A stretch of 64,000 nucleotides of DNA from Fimbriimonadales bacterium (GTDB lineage Bacteria > Armatimonadota > Fimbriimonadia > Fimbriimonadales > ATM1), in the NCBI GenBank assembly GCA_041744215.1, contig JBGTLG010000016.1, positions 64,001 to 128,000 on the forward strand, written 5' to 3'. The position numbers and the translations under genes were made by a program. The notes below the pieces were generated by a model. That model was not told where the DNA came from. It was given only the letters and a program-made list of their open reading frames with translations, and ran no database searches. Below, one piece after another: positions 39,116 through 49,859 of the stretch. Every line of letters begins with the position of its first letter. Position 1 is the first letter of the stretch.

Positions 39116-39963
39116 ACGAGTTTGTCGATCTTGTGCTTGCAACAGCGCGACTAGGAGGTCCACTAGCGCTCGCCGCGATGGGCGGCCTCCTTTCTGAACG
39201 AAGTGGAGTCGTCAACATTGCGCTCGAAGGAGCAATGCTCGCTTCGGCCTGCGCCTGCGGAATGGTGAGCGCGTCAACCGGAAATCCAATACTGGGAGTT
39301 GGCGCAGGCGTTATCGCGGGCGTACTCGTATGCATGCTGCATGCGTTGGCTGTGCTGGGATTCCGCATCGATCACATCGTCAGCGGAATTGCTGCGAACG
39401 CCGTCGCGTTTGGTGTTACTGGCTTTGCAATCAAGGTTGCGAGCCAGCGGGGAGTGGAGCAACACTTCTCGCCGCTGCCACAGTTCACTTTCATTGCTAC
39501 AGCGGTGCTTCTGCCTGTGATGATCGCATATGGTTTGCAAGTCACTCGTGCCGGACTGAGGCTCAACGCCGTTGGAAACGACGATCGCAAATCTGCTGAA
39601 ATGGGAGTTGATCCGATTCGGGTACGGCTCTTTGCTTTGATCGGTTGTGGACTATTGACGGGGCTGGCGGGAGCAATGCTGGTGTCACAGCCACAACAGT
39701 TCACAGCAAACATGACAGCAGGCAAAGGCTTCATCGCGCTTGCTGCACTGATACTTGGTGGATGGCGACCGATTCCCGCCATGCTTGCGGCATTCGCGTT
39801 CGGACTATTCGACGCACTGCAAATCCGCCTTCAAGGCACGCCGATTCTCGGCGTGCAGTTGCCTTCGCAATTTTGGGCATCGCTTCCATACGCTCTGACC
39901 CTGATTGCGTTGGCCGGTCTGCTCGGCAAGTCAAAGCCGCCAGCAGCCCTTGGCCGCAGATGA
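39112..39963 (+). CDS. nucleoside ABC transporter permease 2
   Basis: SERSGVVNIALEG, GKGFIALAALILGGW, LPY and PPAALG. Confidence 0.9.
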   Translation: MNEFVDLVLATARLGGPLALAAMGGLLSERSGVVNIALEGAMLASACACGMVSASTGNPILGVGAGVIAGVLVCMLHALAVLGFRIDHIVSGIAANAVAFGVTGFAIKVASQRGVEQHFSPLPQFTFIATAVLLPVMIAYGLQVTRAGLRLNAVGNDDRKSAEMGVDPIRVRLFALIGCGLLTGLAGAMLVSQPQQFTANMTAGKGFIALAALILGGWRPIPAMLAAFAFGLFDALQIRLQGTPILGVQLPSQFWASLPYALTLIALAGLLGKSKPPAALGRR

Positions 39964-39966
39964 TGG

Positions 39967-40353
39967 CTACGCACCTGCGACAGCTATGGCTTCAATCTCG
40001 ACCAGCGCATCCTTTGGCAGTCGCGACACCTCGACCGTCGACCGTGCCGGCGGCTCCGAGCCCACCATTTCGCTGTAGATGTCGTTGACTCTGCCAAAGT
40101 CATTGAGATCCTTGAGAAAGATGGTCGTTTTGACGATGTTCGCGCCCGACATTCCCGCGGAATCAAGAAGCGCGAAAATGTTGAGGAGCGTCTGACGGGT
40201 CTGGGACTCAATGTCGATACCCGCCATGCTGCCGTCCGAGCGCATGCCTATTTGGCCGCTCATGAAGAACAGCTTTCCGTGGACGAACACCCCGTGGCTG
40301 TAGGGTCCGATCGGGGCCGGTATACGACTCGTGTTATGTATGTGGCGTTCCAT
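39967..40353 (-). CDS. ridA: RidA/YjgF family reactive-intermediate deaminase
   Basis: PAPIGPYS, SGQI, VKTTIFL and PPARSTVEVSRLPKDALVEIEAIA. Confidence 0.92.
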   Translation of the reverse strand: MERHIHNTSRIPAPIGPYSHGVFVHGKLFFMSGQIGMRSDGSMAGIDIESQTRQTLLNIFALLDSAGMSGANIVKTTIFLKDLNDFGRVNDIYSEMVGSEPPARSTVEVSRLPKDALVEIEAIAVAGA

Positions 40354-40444
40354 GTAATCATTCCTCTCCAGAGATACTGAATCCCCTCCATTGTACAGGC
40401 GAAATCCGAAAATCGCACCGGACTCCTGACGGTAAACTCGCTTT

Positions 40445-41002
40445 GTGTTCAAAAATTCTGACGTTTCGAAGGTCAGAGAGGCCCAGGACTTGTTCCTCCA
40501 GGAATGGGGGCGGATGAGCAGCAGCTGGGGAATCAACCGGACGATGGCTCAGATCCACGCTCTGCTGTTTGTTACCGGCGAGCCGCACACCATGGACGAG
40601 ATCTGCGGGCGTCTGCATATCAGCCGGGGTAACGCGAGCATGAACCTAAGGGGTCTCATGGACTGGGGAGTGATCAGGCGGTTTAGGAAGGCTGGCGAGA
40701 GACATGACACGTACGTTAGCGACACCGAGGCCCTCACAATGGTCGCACGCGTGCTCAGGGAACGAAAGCGCCGCGAACTAGACCCGACCGTCGACGCGTT
40801 GCAGTCTTGCCTTCAGATGCTTCCTGACTCGGGCGCGGCTACGTTTCGATCACGGGTGACCGGCCTACTCGAGGTGTTTGAGATGCTCGACATAGTCTTC
40901 AAGTACGCGTTACAGACGGACGAGCGACTTGGGGAGATTGTTAAGCACAGAAAAGACATCGCGACACTGCTTGAAAACGTTCAGCCCATCGCAGAATCCT
41001 AA
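40445..41002 (+). CDS. GbsR/MarR family transcriptional regulator
   Basis: WGRMSSSWGINRTMAQIHALL, ISRGNASMNLR.L.DWG and ERKRRELDP. Confidence 0.88.
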   Translation: MFKNSDVSKVREAQDLFLQEWGRMSSSWGINRTMAQIHALLFVTGEPHTMDEICGRLHISRGNASMNLRGLMDWGVIRRFRKAGERHDTYVSDTEALTMVARVLRERKRRELDPTVDALQSCLQMLPDSGAATFRSRVTGLLEVFEMLDIVFKYALQTDERLGEIVKHRKDIATLLENVQPIAES

Positions 41003-41047
41003 ACTGAATCGTCTCGCCAGAGCTTTGTTGGGCGTACAATAAGTGTT

Positions 41048-41380
41048 GTGAGTTACTCCGCGCGCTCAAGAATCCTTAGCCGGCTGGCAGCAGCGATCGT
41101 GTGCCTACTCTTTGCTGCGCTCTTGGGCATTCGGCTTCCAGTTCTTTCGTTGGTCCTTGCCATTGCTGCGATCAGTTTTGGCTATCAGGCGTTCAAAGAA
41201 TGGCGGCCGAGGAGTGACCCTTACGATCTCAAACTGCTTCAGGTAATCCATGAGGAAGAGGAACTGCGAAGTGTTCGCGTCCCCGACGAGACAGGAGACA
41301 ATGTCCTTTGTCCAAGGTGCGGTGAGGTTTACACGAGCGCTTTGCCAATGTGTCCCACTTGCCGGCACACCTGCAACTAA
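41048..41380 (+). CDS. membrane protein with C-terminal zinc ribbon
   Basis: 2 TM segments, then CPRC...CPTC. Confidence 0.7.
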   Translation: MSYSARSRILSRLAAAIVCLLFAALLGIRLPVLSLVLAIAAISFGYQAFKEWRPRSDPYDLKLLQVIHEEEELRSVRVPDETGDNVLCPRCGEVYTSALPMCPTCRHTCN

Positions 41381-41955
41381 CTGCCGCCGATCCACTCAAG
41401 CGCGGCCGATAGCCTACCATCAAAATGTTGTTCCTGGCGCACAATGCCGATCCCGCTTTGGAACCAAGTTCGTAGTTCGAGTTTTGAATCGCGAAACGTC
41501 AAAGTGATAACTGAGAGCAAACAGTCGCGTTCTGCGCCAGCGAGATTGATCCTGTCTCGTTTTTGCGATCCTGTCGCTTGCGCAGCCGCATGTGCGCCTC
41601 GGCTCGATGTGCGGCCCTTCCATTGCCACGTGGCTTCGATTTCATTCGGTTTGAGTATCGCGATCGGCGGCTCAAACCTCATTGCCGAGAAATCAGATAC
41701 GAGGAGCTGACCGCCCGACCATGCCATTCGACTTTCGCCGCTGTTGCCTTCAATCTTCCATCCAGTTGTCAGGCCGACCCGCACTCGCTCGATGACGCGA
41801 AGCCGCGCTACCGAACTTCCAGCGGGTGTGGAAACGAGGTACTTCCACTCCCTGTTCTCCTCTAGCGGGAAGTATGCATCGCCAGAGCCACATCCAAAAC
41901 AAAGCGCGAGGAGGCCGGTTAGGATACTTCCTCGCGCATTGCTGGGCCGTTTCAT
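41377..41955 (-). CDS. hypothetical lipoprotein
   Basis: Lipobox-like CFGC; YFPL...W.Y and WF..GIGIVR beta-rich pattern. Confidence 0.7.
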   Translation of the reverse strand: MKRPSNARGSILTGLLALCFGCGSGDAYFPLEENREWKYLVSTPAGSSVARLRVIERVRVGLTTGWKIEGNSGESRMAWSGGQLLVSDFSAMRFEPPIAILKPNEIEATWQWKGRTSSRGAHAAAQATGSQKRDRINLAGAERDCLLSVITLTFRDSKLELRTWFQSGIGIVRQEQHFDGRLSAALEWIGGS

Positions 41956-41973
41956 GTGGCCTTACTTCTGACT

Positions 41974-42483
41974 TTACTTGGCGGGTGTTTCCGCTGACGA
42001 CTCTCCCGCCTCAGGCGCGGATCGCGGCGCAGGCCGTGGAGCCTCGCGATCGTACTGACGATCAAACCTGCGCGGCGGTCGTCCTTCTCCTCGATAGCCT
42101 CTTTCAGGGTGAGCAATCTCAAGCGACACAAAAGGCATGAGCGCCATTTCCCGCGCGCGGCGGATCGCCCTCGAGATCATTCGCTGCTGCTTGGCGGTGT
42201 TCCCCGTTTGTCGCGAGCCAACGATTTTTCCTTGCTCATTGATGAAGCGCTTGAGGAGTCCCGTGTCTTTGTAGTCGACGGACTCGATCTTGTTGAGGGT
42301 TAGGAAGCTGACCTTCCGGCGGCGCTTTGGCCTTGGTCTGCCCTCCTTGCCATAGGGAGATGCTCCCCTGTCGTCATGCGGCGCTGCGCCCGTTCGAGGC
42401 TTGTACTCTCGTGCGGGACCCTCGGGTTTCGGCGCGGCGGGCGCCTTGTCCGCCTGCGCTGGAGTGGTCTGTTCTTCGCTCAT
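41974..42483 (-). CDS. rpsR: 30S ribosomal protein S18 with long extensions
   Basis: [41 protein letters not shown]. Confidence 0.93.
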   Translation of the reverse strand: MSEEQTTPAQADKAPAAPKPEGPAREYKPRTGAAPHDDRGASPYGKEGRPRPKRRRKVSFLTLNKIESVDYKDTGLLKRFINEQGKIVGSRQTGNTAKQQRMISRAIRRAREMALMPFVSLEIAHPERGYRGEGRPPRRFDRQYDREAPRPAPRSAPEAGESSAETPAK

Positions 42484-42536
42484 AGTGATATTGTCGCCGG
42501 TTCCCGGCGGACGGTGATTATGGCACGGAAGGCATC

Positions 42537-43811
42537 TCAGGGGAAGATTCCGCGGGTGATCGTTGCGTCCGCGACTCTCTTGACCCCAATAATGTACGCG
42601 GCTGTACGCATGTTCGTCTTGTGCTGAAGCATCGATTGCAAAACGTTGTGGAAGCTGTTGCGCATGAGTCTCTCGAGTTTGTTGTTTACCTCGTTCTCTT
42701 CCCAGAAAAACGCTTGCAGATCCTGCACCCACTCGAAGTAGCTGACAATGACTCCTCCAGCGTTTGCAAGAATGTCGGGAACAACCATGACGTTTCTGTC
42801 ACTCAACATATCATCCGCTTCGGGTGTGGTCGGGCCGTTTGCTCCTTCGACAATCAACCTCGCTCGAATCTTCTCAGCGTTTCCTGTATGGATTTGCTCC
42901 GCGGTAGCAGCAGGAATCAAGACATCACAATCAAGTTCGAGGAGTTCGGAATTCGAAACGTACTCGCAATCGCTAAACTCACGAATACCGCCTTCGCGAT
43001 GGGAATATCGTTGAGTCAGGGTTTGAATCGGCAAGCCATTTGCGTTGTATATGCCACCGGCTGCGTCGGAGACCGCGACTACTTTCGCACCAGCTTCTTC
43101 AGCGAGTCTCGCCGCGATGCTGCCGACATTGCCAAATCCTTGCACGATAACGCGAGATCCTGCCAAATTGAATCCTAAGAACTTGCACGCCTCGTGTGCT
43201 GCGACGATGCATCCGCGACCTGTAGCTTCGACACGGCCAAGCGAACCGCCCAGCGGAACGGGCTTACCAGTTACGACGCCTGTGGCAGTCGAGCCCATTT
43301 GCATGGAGTATGTGTCCATGAACCACGCCATTACTTGAGCGTTCGTACCCATGTCGGGTGCAGGGATGTCCGTACTCGGACCGACGATGACACTAATCTC
43401 CGAAGCAAACCGCCGTGTTAGTTTTTCAAGTTCGCGCTTGCTTAGTCTTTTGATATCGACTTTGACCGCGCCTTTCGCTCCGCCATAGGGGATATCAGCT
43501 ACGGCGCACTTCCACGTCATCCACATCGCGAGCGCAGTGGTCTCGTCAAGATCCACGTCCGGGTGGTATCGGATCCCGCCCTTTGTCGGCCCGCGGCTGA
43601 GATTATGTTGGACGCGATACCCCTCGTAGACTTCGACGTGACCGTTGTCCATTACAACTGGGAAGTTGACGATAAGCTGTCTCTTGGGGGTTGCGAGGAC
43701 TCTGTGAAGTCCCTCGTCAAGATCGAGGTATCTGGCCGCTACAGCTAGCTGCTGCTTGGCCATTTCGAGGATGGTAGGTTGCTCTGCAGTATGCGTTGGC
43801 GATGCGGCCAT
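42537..43811 (-). CDS. gdhA: Glu/Leu/Phe/Val dehydrogenase (glutamate dehydrogenase)
   Basis: [44 protein letters not shown] and SYFEWVQ. Confidence 0.95.
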   Translation of the reverse strand: MAASPTHTAEQPTILEMAKQQLAVAARYLDLDEGLHRVLATPKRQLIVNFPVVMDNGHVEVYEGYRVQHNLSRGPTKGGIRYHPDVDLDETTALAMWMTWKCAVADIPYGGAKGAVKVDIKRLSKRELEKLTRRFASEISVIVGPSTDIPAPDMGTNAQVMAWFMDTYSMQMGSTATGVVTGKPVPLGGSLGRVEATGRGCIVAAHEACKFLGFNLAGSRVIVQGFGNVGSIAARLAEEAGAKVVAVSDAAGGIYNANGLPIQTLTQRYSHREGGIREFSDCEYVSNSELLELDCDVLIPAATAEQIHTGNAEKIRARLIVEGANGPTTPEADDMLSDRNVMVVPDILANAGGVIVSYFEWVQDLQAFFWEENEVNNKLERLMRNSFHNVLQSMLQHKTNMRTAAYIIGVKRVADATITRGIFP

Positions 43812-43833
43812 TCAAATCTCCTGACGCCCGATG

Positions 43834-44325
43834 TCAGACCCGAGCGGCGGTGCCTGCAACCCGCTGGTACAGCAGGTGGATCGGGATCGCGATTACTCCG
43901 TTGTATATCGCGGCACCTATTGTATCTGCTACGTGAGCCCCAATGCCCGGCAATGTGTCGATAAACGGTATGACGAACAGGTAGACGGCCCCCGATAGCA
44001 GGGTGCAGAGGAAAGCAACGATCGAGAGGTTGAAGGGACCTTTGTCGAGGTAGGAGGCCGAGATTCTCGCTCCAACGATGCAGGCGACCATTCGGCTGAT
44101 GGTGAAGGCGGCCATCGCCTGATTGAGTATCGCGCCCGTGAAGAGTCCGGCGGCGAACCCCGTGGCTGCGGCTGCGTCTTGGGAGCGCTCTAGCGACAGC
44201 ACGATTGCCACGACCAACAAGAAGTCTGGCACGCCCCATCCGATCGCTATGCGGTGGGCTACGGCCTGTTGGAGCGCTCCTGCCGCGACAAGCCAAACGA
44301 GGGTAGACAGCACCGCCCGCATCAT
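43834..44325 (-). CDS. mreD: rod shape-determining protein MreD
   Basis: Hydrophobic protein with PDFLL and GF.AGL; follows mreC. Confidence 0.82.
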   Translation of the reverse strand: MMRAVLSTLVWLVAAGALQQAVAHRIAIGWGVPDFLLVVAIVLSLERSQDAAAATGFAAGLFTGAILNQAMAAFTISRMVACIVGARISASYLDKGPFNLSIVAFLCTLLSGAVYLFVIPFIDTLPGIGAHVADTIGAAIYNGVIAIPIHLLYQRVAGTAARV

Positions 44326-45110
44326 TTCGACAGCACCACCACTTCTCTGAGAGCCGTGGCTTGGAAGAACGGCTGAACGATAGCTTTCCGCACTCCGAAG
44401 TCTCGGTCAAGCCAGACACTCGAAACGATGCCAATCCGGAGCGCTGCCGGATAGATGGCAGAAACGCCGGATGTCAACAGGAGGTCGTTTGATTTGACTT
44501 CTGCTTCCTCGACGAACACTTCCAGAAGCAGGGTTGCAGTTCCATTGCCCCTGACGATGCCGAGGGCTTCTGTCGAACCTCCGCCGACGCTTGCCCCGAC
44601 ACTCGAGTTTGGATGTGTGAGCAGGTTGACGTACGAAGAGCGCGGACTCACCTCAACAACTTGGCCTACGAGCCCCTGTGGCACGAGCACGGGATCGCCA
44701 GGTGCCACACCTGATTGCGAGCCAACGTTTAGCAGCACGCGTTGGTTTTGAAAGTCGAGACCAATTACTCGCGCTATCACGTTCTTCCGGTCTTTCTGCA
44801 CAGGCATCTTCAGTAGCGATTGTAAGCGCGTGTTCTTCTCTCGCTCTTCTTTTAGTAACGATTCGAGCGAGTACACCCGCGCTGCATCGGCCTGCAATCT
44901 GAGGATCTCGCGCTTGAGCGATGGCGCGCGTGTTATGCCCCCAATGAAGTCACCTGTCCAGTCAAGAGTTGCCGCTATGGGTGTCTGGACAACTTGAACA
45001 AGCCCCTTAGCGGAACGCGTGACAATGTCCATTCCACCGGACGCCTTAGCACGGGATTGCATGACGTTAAGGACAACGGCAAGCAAGACCAGCATTGCCG
45101 GAACGATCAA
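44322..45110 (-). CDS. mreC: rod shape-determining protein MreC
   Basis: TM + coiled coil, ARVIG, GLVGQV and LLTSG...YPA..RIG.V. Confidence 0.92.
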   Translation of the reverse strand: MIVPAMLVLLAVVLNVMQSRAKASGGMDIVTRSAKGLVQVVQTPIAATLDWTGDFIGGITRAPSLKREILRLQADAARVYSLESLLKEEREKNTRLQSLLKMPVQKDRKNVIARVIGLDFQNQRVLLNVGSQSGVAPGDPVLVPQGLVGQVVEVSPRSSYVNLLTHPNSSVGASVGGGSTEALGIVRGNGTATLLLEVFVEEAEVKSNDLLLTSGVSAIYPAALRIGIVSSVWLDRDFGVRKAIVQPFFQATALREVVVLSK

Positions 45111-45124
45111 ACTAGCTCTTCGCT

Positions 45125-46192
45125 CTAATCCTTGTATGCCTGTACCAAGACCTTTCTAAGCTGAGGGTTTCGTTGGATTTCTTGCATGACGCGTCCCGTC
45201 CCGATCACGACGCAGCTCAGAGGGTCGTGCGCGATCACGACGGGGATGCCGGTTTCGTCCGCGATAAGTCGATCAAGTCCGCGCAGCAGCGCGCCGCCGC
45301 CAGCAAGAACGATGCCACGGTGAATGATGTCAGCCGCAAGCTCAGGAGGCGTGGACTCTAGTGTCAACTTGACCGCCTCAACAATAGAGTTGAGTTGATC
45401 TTGAATGGCGATTCGCACATCCTCACTTGAGAGGATTGCGCTTCGCGGAAGACCGGTGATCAAGTCGCGGCCACGAACTTCGACTGTCAATTCTTCTTCG
45501 ATCGGATACGCAGAGCCAACCTCGATTTTTGCGCGCTCCGCGCTGCGCTCACCGATGTACAGGTTATATGCCCTTCTTACGTAGTTGAGGATTGCAGCGT
45601 CGATTGCGTCTCCTGCGACGCGCACAGACCGCGAGTTAACAATTCCTGCGAGAGAGATGATTGCTACTTCGGTTGTTCCGCCGCCTATGTCAACGACCAT
45701 CGAACCCGTCGGTTCGACGACGGGCAATCCGGCTCCGATTGCCGCCGCCATTGGTTCTTCGATGACGAATGCCTGCGCGGCACCCGCACGCCGACACGCT
45801 TCGATTACTGCACGTTGTTCAACTTCTGTGACGCCGCTGGGCACTCCGACAACAACACGGTGGAAAGCGAACTTACGTTTTTGCGATTTTCCAATGAAGT
45901 AGCGGAGCATCGCTTGCGTTTGGTCGTAGTCCGCGATAACACCGTCCTTGAGCGGACGGATGGCGGAAATCGACGCGGGGGTTCTCCCGAGCATTCGCTG
46001 GGCGTCTTCGCCCACCGCTAAAACGGTTCCGGTTTCGTTGTCAACGGCGACGACACTCGGCTCACGAAGTACGATGCCCCTTTCTTCCGCGTACACGAGC
46101 GTGTTTGCGGTTCCGAGGTCGATCCCGAGGTCCTCTCGCAGCCCCTCCCAGAACAGGGCTTTGAGCTTCGCTACTGCAGATGCGAGAGTCAC
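45125..46192 (-). CDS. mreB: rod shape-determining protein MreB
   Basis: [35 protein letters not shown] and DIGGGTTE. Confidence 0.97.
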   Translation of the reverse strand: MTLASAVAKLKALFWEGLREDLGIDLGTANTLVYAEERGIVLREPSVVAVDNETGTVLAVGEDAQRMLGRTPASISAIRPLKDGVIADYDQTQAMLRYFIGKSQKRKFAFHRVVVGVPSGVTEVEQRAVIEACRRAGAAQAFVIEEPMAAAIGAGLPVVEPTGSMVVDIGGGTTEVAIISLAGIVNSRSVRVAGDAIDAAILNYVRRAYNLYIGERSAERAKIEVGSAYPIEEELTVEVRGRDLITGLPRSAILSSEDVRIAIQDQLNSIVEAVKLTLESTPPELAADIIHRGIVLAGGGALLRGLDRLIADETGIPVVIAHDPLSCVVIGTGRVMQEIQRNPQLRKVLVQAYKD

Positions 46193-46455
46193 TCCTCTTC
46201 CGGCCCCACATCGCCGCTTGCGAGTCGCTTTGCTAAGGTTTCTTGGGAGATTGCGCTAAGAATCACTTGCTGGCCTTGAGTGAAGATGACGCACTTTGTC
46301 CTTCGACCTTGCGTGGCGTCGATCAGCTTGTCCGAGTTTCGAAGCCCCTGAATCAAACGGCGAACTGGCGCCGAATCACTGCTGATGAGGGCTGTAATCT
46401 GGCTGGTCGCCACATAGTTATAGAATCCGACATTGATAACCGGCGGCATCGGCAT
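46189..46455 (-). CDS. RemA/DUF370 family protein
   Basis: [26 protein letters not shown] and [11 protein letters not shown]. Confidence 0.88.
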   Translation of the reverse strand: MPMPPVINVGFYNYVATSQITALISSDSAPVRRLIQGLRNSDKLIDATQGRRTKCVIFTQGQQVILSAISQETLAKRLASGDVGPEEE

Positions 46456-46539
46456 CTGTTTGAAATCCTCCCAAAATCGGCGAAAAGCCTTGTTTTTCTC
46501 CGATTATGGCACGGGCGTCGATGCGAGTGACGCTCCCTT

Positions 46540-47763
46540 TTACCTGCCGAATCGCTTTCGAGTGACGATGCTACCCCTCGTTGACAGCGCAAGGGGATCC
46601 CCACGGACTTCCAGGAGACTCGCCCCCTGATAGTAGGCACCCAAGATTTCTTGATACGTTTGTCCGGCTTTTGCTCTGCCGATTGCGCCGTACTGGCACA
46701 TCCCGACCCCGTGACCCCATCCGCGGCCCGCAAACTGCCAGCCATTGGGCACGCGGCCAACGTTGAACCACGTACTTCGCAATCGATCAATTCCCAGAAT
46801 CCACCGCAGGTCGTTTGCCTTGATGGCCGCTTCCCCGTGAGTTCCGATGATCCGGACCGTCGCCGCTCGTCCGGTAGTCGTCTTCTGAGCGATCTCCACG
46901 TCGACGACGCTTCCGAGACTATATCCACCGGCACGGAGGAGTGCCTCAAACTCAGCCGAGGTGTAGTCTGCAGTCCATGCCATGTACCGAGAGCCTTCGG
47001 CATAGGGCCTCCCGCTAGGGTCGACGTCTGCAAAGCTCGTCAAGTAGGGGACTGGCGAGCCGCCCCAAACCTCGTGGCAGTTCTCTGTCTGTCCACCACT
47101 AATCGCACCGTAGATGGCGTTGACCACAGCCCCGCCATACACCAGAACCTGCCCTCGCGTCGCCTGAACAGCTGCAGTTGACCGCGGATCTTCCTTTTCG
47201 GTGCCGAAGTAAGCCTGAGTTCGAACGGTGTCGTCAACGTCATAGGGCTGGTCTTTGAAGTGGCCTATCTTTCGAACGGTGTAGGATCTCGCTGCAACTG
47301 CCTGAGCTTTCATGGCCTCGGGCGGTGAGGAGGGAGAAATCTCACAAGGGAGGACGCCCTGGAGATAGTCCTCCAGAGGAATCTCGTTCACGGCAGCAAG
47401 ATTGCCACCCAAGTTCGATAGGTGCAACCATCCTCGATAACGACGATTCTGCTTAGCTCCGCTGAGCCTCAGGACAGAAGTTTCGGCGGCGAAGTAGACC
47501 GCTGGGATTGTGGCGCCAGCAACCCGAATCTCGCCCGATCCGGCCGCGGTTACTGTAACCACCGAACGCGGCTGATAGACGCCGAGTCGTTGGTGCGTCT
47601 GTCCGTGATATGCAGCGAATTGAGATTCGGAGCTAATCGTGAATCGGTCGGAGGCGCCATGGCTGACCAATCCGACCCGGACGACGTACATAGGCTGCGC
47701 CGCCGCGAACTGGAGAAGGCCCGTCGCTAGAACGGCACCGACGGCAAATCGAAGAACTCTCAT
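46540..47763 (-). CDS. SpoIID/LytB domain lytic transglycosylase
   Basis: Signal peptide; YRG.L, LEDYLQGVLPCE, KAQAVAARSY and G.GWGHGVGMCQYGA. Confidence 0.92.
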   Translation of the reverse strand: MRVLRFAVGAVLATGLLQFAAAQPMYVVRVGLVSHGASDRFTISSESQFAAYHGQTHQRLGVYQPRSVVTVTAAGSGEIRVAGATIPAVYFAAETSVLRLSGAKQNRRYRGWLHLSNLGGNLAAVNEIPLEDYLQGVLPCEISPSSPPEAMKAQAVAARSYTVRKIGHFKDQPYDVDDTVRTQAYFGTEKEDPRSTAAVQATRGQVLVYGGAVVNAIYGAISGGQTENCHEVWGGSPVPYLTSFADVDPSGRPYAEGSRYMAWTADYTSAEFEALLRAGGYSLGSVVDVEIAQKTTTGRAATVRIIGTHGEAAIKANDLRWILGIDRLRSTWFNVGRVPNGWQFAGRGWGHGVGMCQYGAIGRAKAGQTYQEILGAYYQGASLLEVRGDPLALSTRGSIVTRKRFGR

Positions 47764-47830
47764 AAGACTGACCCGACAGCGCGCGCGGGAATCACCCTAC
47801 ACGAAACTATCGGCGCGAACCGCAGAGACC

Positions 47831-48148
47831 TTAGCCGCCGCCTGACAGACCCATCGCCATCGGGCCCTCGCGACCTGCGGATGGGCCGCCGCCGCCACCA
47901 CCGCCGACTGCTCCACCGCCGATCAGTTGTCCTCCGGCCCCCGAAGCCGCTTCTTCGGGCTCGCCTTTTGTCTCGATGAGCCTTGGGGTGACTGCTTGCG
48001 CATTGAGTGCTGCGCGCACCGGCTCCTCGGGGACCGGAGCCGGGATCGGCTCCTTCCTCATGAAGAAGAAGATTCCGACAGCTATGAGACCGACGACGGC
48101 CGCTCCGACGATCACAGGCAGGTCATTGCTACTTTCTGGTTGGGCCAT
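47831..48148 (-). CDS. hypothetical single-pass membrane protein, Gly-rich tail
   Basis: TM segment followed by RK; GGGAGA RBS upstream. Confidence 0.65.
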   Translation of the reverse strand: MAQPESSNDLPVIVGAAVVGLIAVGIFFFMRKEPIPAPVPEEPVRAALNAQAVTPRLIETKGEPEEAASGAGGQLIGGGAVGGGGGGGPSAGREGPMAMGLSGGG

Positions 48149-48314
48149 AGATTTTCTCCCTTAGCTCGAGGTTACCCAGTCTAAGACGGATTCAGATCGT
48201 TAAGTGTCACACAGGAACGGTCCAGTTTGCAAGGCCTGCGCGGTCTGCGCGCTCCTGGCGGTGGACTTTGCCACGAGATTTTGATCTTCTAGCAGCGCGT
48301 ATTGATCAGGGAGA

Positions 48315-49859
48315 TTAGTGGCGGAAGTGACGTACGCCAGTCAACACCATAGTGAGGCCAAGGGCATCTGCCGCGGCTATAACCTCCGCATCCTTCTTTG
48401 AGCCGCCGGGCTGGACAATAGCAGCGATGCCCGCGGCTGCCGCAGTCTCTATGCTGTCTGCGAACGGGAAAAATGCGTCGCTCGCCAACACGGCTCCTTT
48501 GGCGTCCGAGCCGGCCTGCTCCAGAGCCAAGCGCACAGACTGCACTCTGTTCATCTGACCCGCTCCTGCTCCAAGCATTCCACCCGGTCCACCGACCACG
48601 ATTGCGTTGGACTTTACGTGCTTCGCAACGACCCACATCGCCTTCAGAGCTGCCGTCTGCTCCGCAGTCGGCTGGACCGTCGTAACAATGCGCCACTCGG
48701 TGGGATCGTCAACATCAGCGTCCTGTATCAATGCTCCGCCGCGCAGTCCGCGCACTGATCGGTAGGGTCCGGACGTCACGGCTCCGGCGACAAGGATGCG
48801 CACGTCTTGCCCCCAACCCGCGCGCGAGCGAAAAGCCTCTAGCGCTTCATCCGTGATAGATGCGCACAAGACGACCTCAAAGTAGTTGCCCTTAGCGATC
48901 ATCGCTTCAGCGAGTTCTAGGTCGAGTTCTCCAGCGACAGCGACGATTCCTCCGAAAGCTGAGATCGAGTCGGTGTCGCGCGCACGTGTGAATGCGTCAA
49001 CAAGTGACGCACTCCAGGCGGCGCCACACGGATTCCCATGCTTCACAATAACCAGGGGACGCAAACGCTCCGGGAATGATCTCTGAAGGTCGCAAACCAA
49101 TTCCCACGCAGCTTCCACGTCGAGAATGTTGTTGTACGAGAGCTCTTTGCCCCAAATCTGCTCTGCGCCGACCACGCCACTCTTCTCGAATGGCTGCACG
49201 GCAAGCAGCGCGCGCTGATGCGGGTTCTCACCATATCGCAGCGACGACTTCACGCGATAACCTAGAGTGATCGTACTCTCGGAAGACGTGGGACGTTCAC
49301 GACTCAGGTACTCGGCAATCATCGAATCATAGAAAGCAGTGTGGGCAAACGCCTTTGCTCGCAGATCCTCTCGCAGCTCGTCCCCGTTTGAATCGATCGC
49401 ATTGAGAACTGCATCGTAGTCTGATGGATCCACAACCACGAATACGCGTTCCGCGTTCTTTGCTGCTGCGCGAATCATTGCGGGCCCACCGATGTCAATG
49501 TTCTCGATCACTTCGCTACGTGGTGCGCCTCGACGCACTGTATCTTCGAATGGATAGAGATTAACCGCAAGGATTTCGATAGGGCGGATGCCGAGTTGTT
49601 CCATCTCTTCGCTGTGCCGCGGGATCTCAGGAACTCCCAGTAATCCCCCATGTACCTTAGGATGCAAGGTTTTGACACGACCGTCGAGAATTTCTGGGAA
49701 ACCGGTGTAGTAACTGACACCTGTAACGGTGACCCCGTTTTCCTCAAGGTGTTTCGCCGTATTGCCGGTGCTAATGATCACGAATCCTCGGTCGGTCAGC
49801 CCGCGCGCAAACTCAACAACGCCACTCTTGTCAGTGACCGAAATCAATGCGTACTTCAT
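48315..49859 (-). CDS. purH: bifunctional AICAR transformylase / IMP cyclohydrolase
   Basis: ALISVTDK, GRVKTLHP, IDIGGP, LRYGENPHQ, KHGNPCG, ASDAFFPF and RHFRH. Confidence 0.98.
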   Translation of the reverse strand: MKYALISVTDKSGVVEFARGLTDRGFVIISTGNTAKHLEENGVTVTGVSYYTGFPEILDGRVKTLHPKVHGGLLGVPEIPRHSEEMEQLGIRPIEILAVNLYPFEDTVRRGAPRSEVIENIDIGGPAMIRAAAKNAERVFVVVDPSDYDAVLNAIDSNGDELREDLRAKAFAHTAFYDSMIAEYLSRERPTSSESTITLGYRVKSSLRYGENPHQRALLAVQPFEKSGVVGAEQIWGKELSYNNILDVEAAWELVCDLQRSFPERLRPLVIVKHGNPCGAAWSASLVDAFTRARDTDSISAFGGIVAVAGELDLELAEAMIAKGNYFEVVLCASITDEALEAFRSRAGWGQDVRILVAGAVTSGPYRSVRGLRGGALIQDADVDDPTEWRIVTTVQPTAEQTAALKAMWVVAKHVKSNAIVVGGPGGMLGAGAGQMNRVQSVRLALEQAGSDAKGAVLASDAFFPFADSIETAAAAGIAAIVQPGGSKKDAEVIAAADALGLTMVLTGVRHFRH

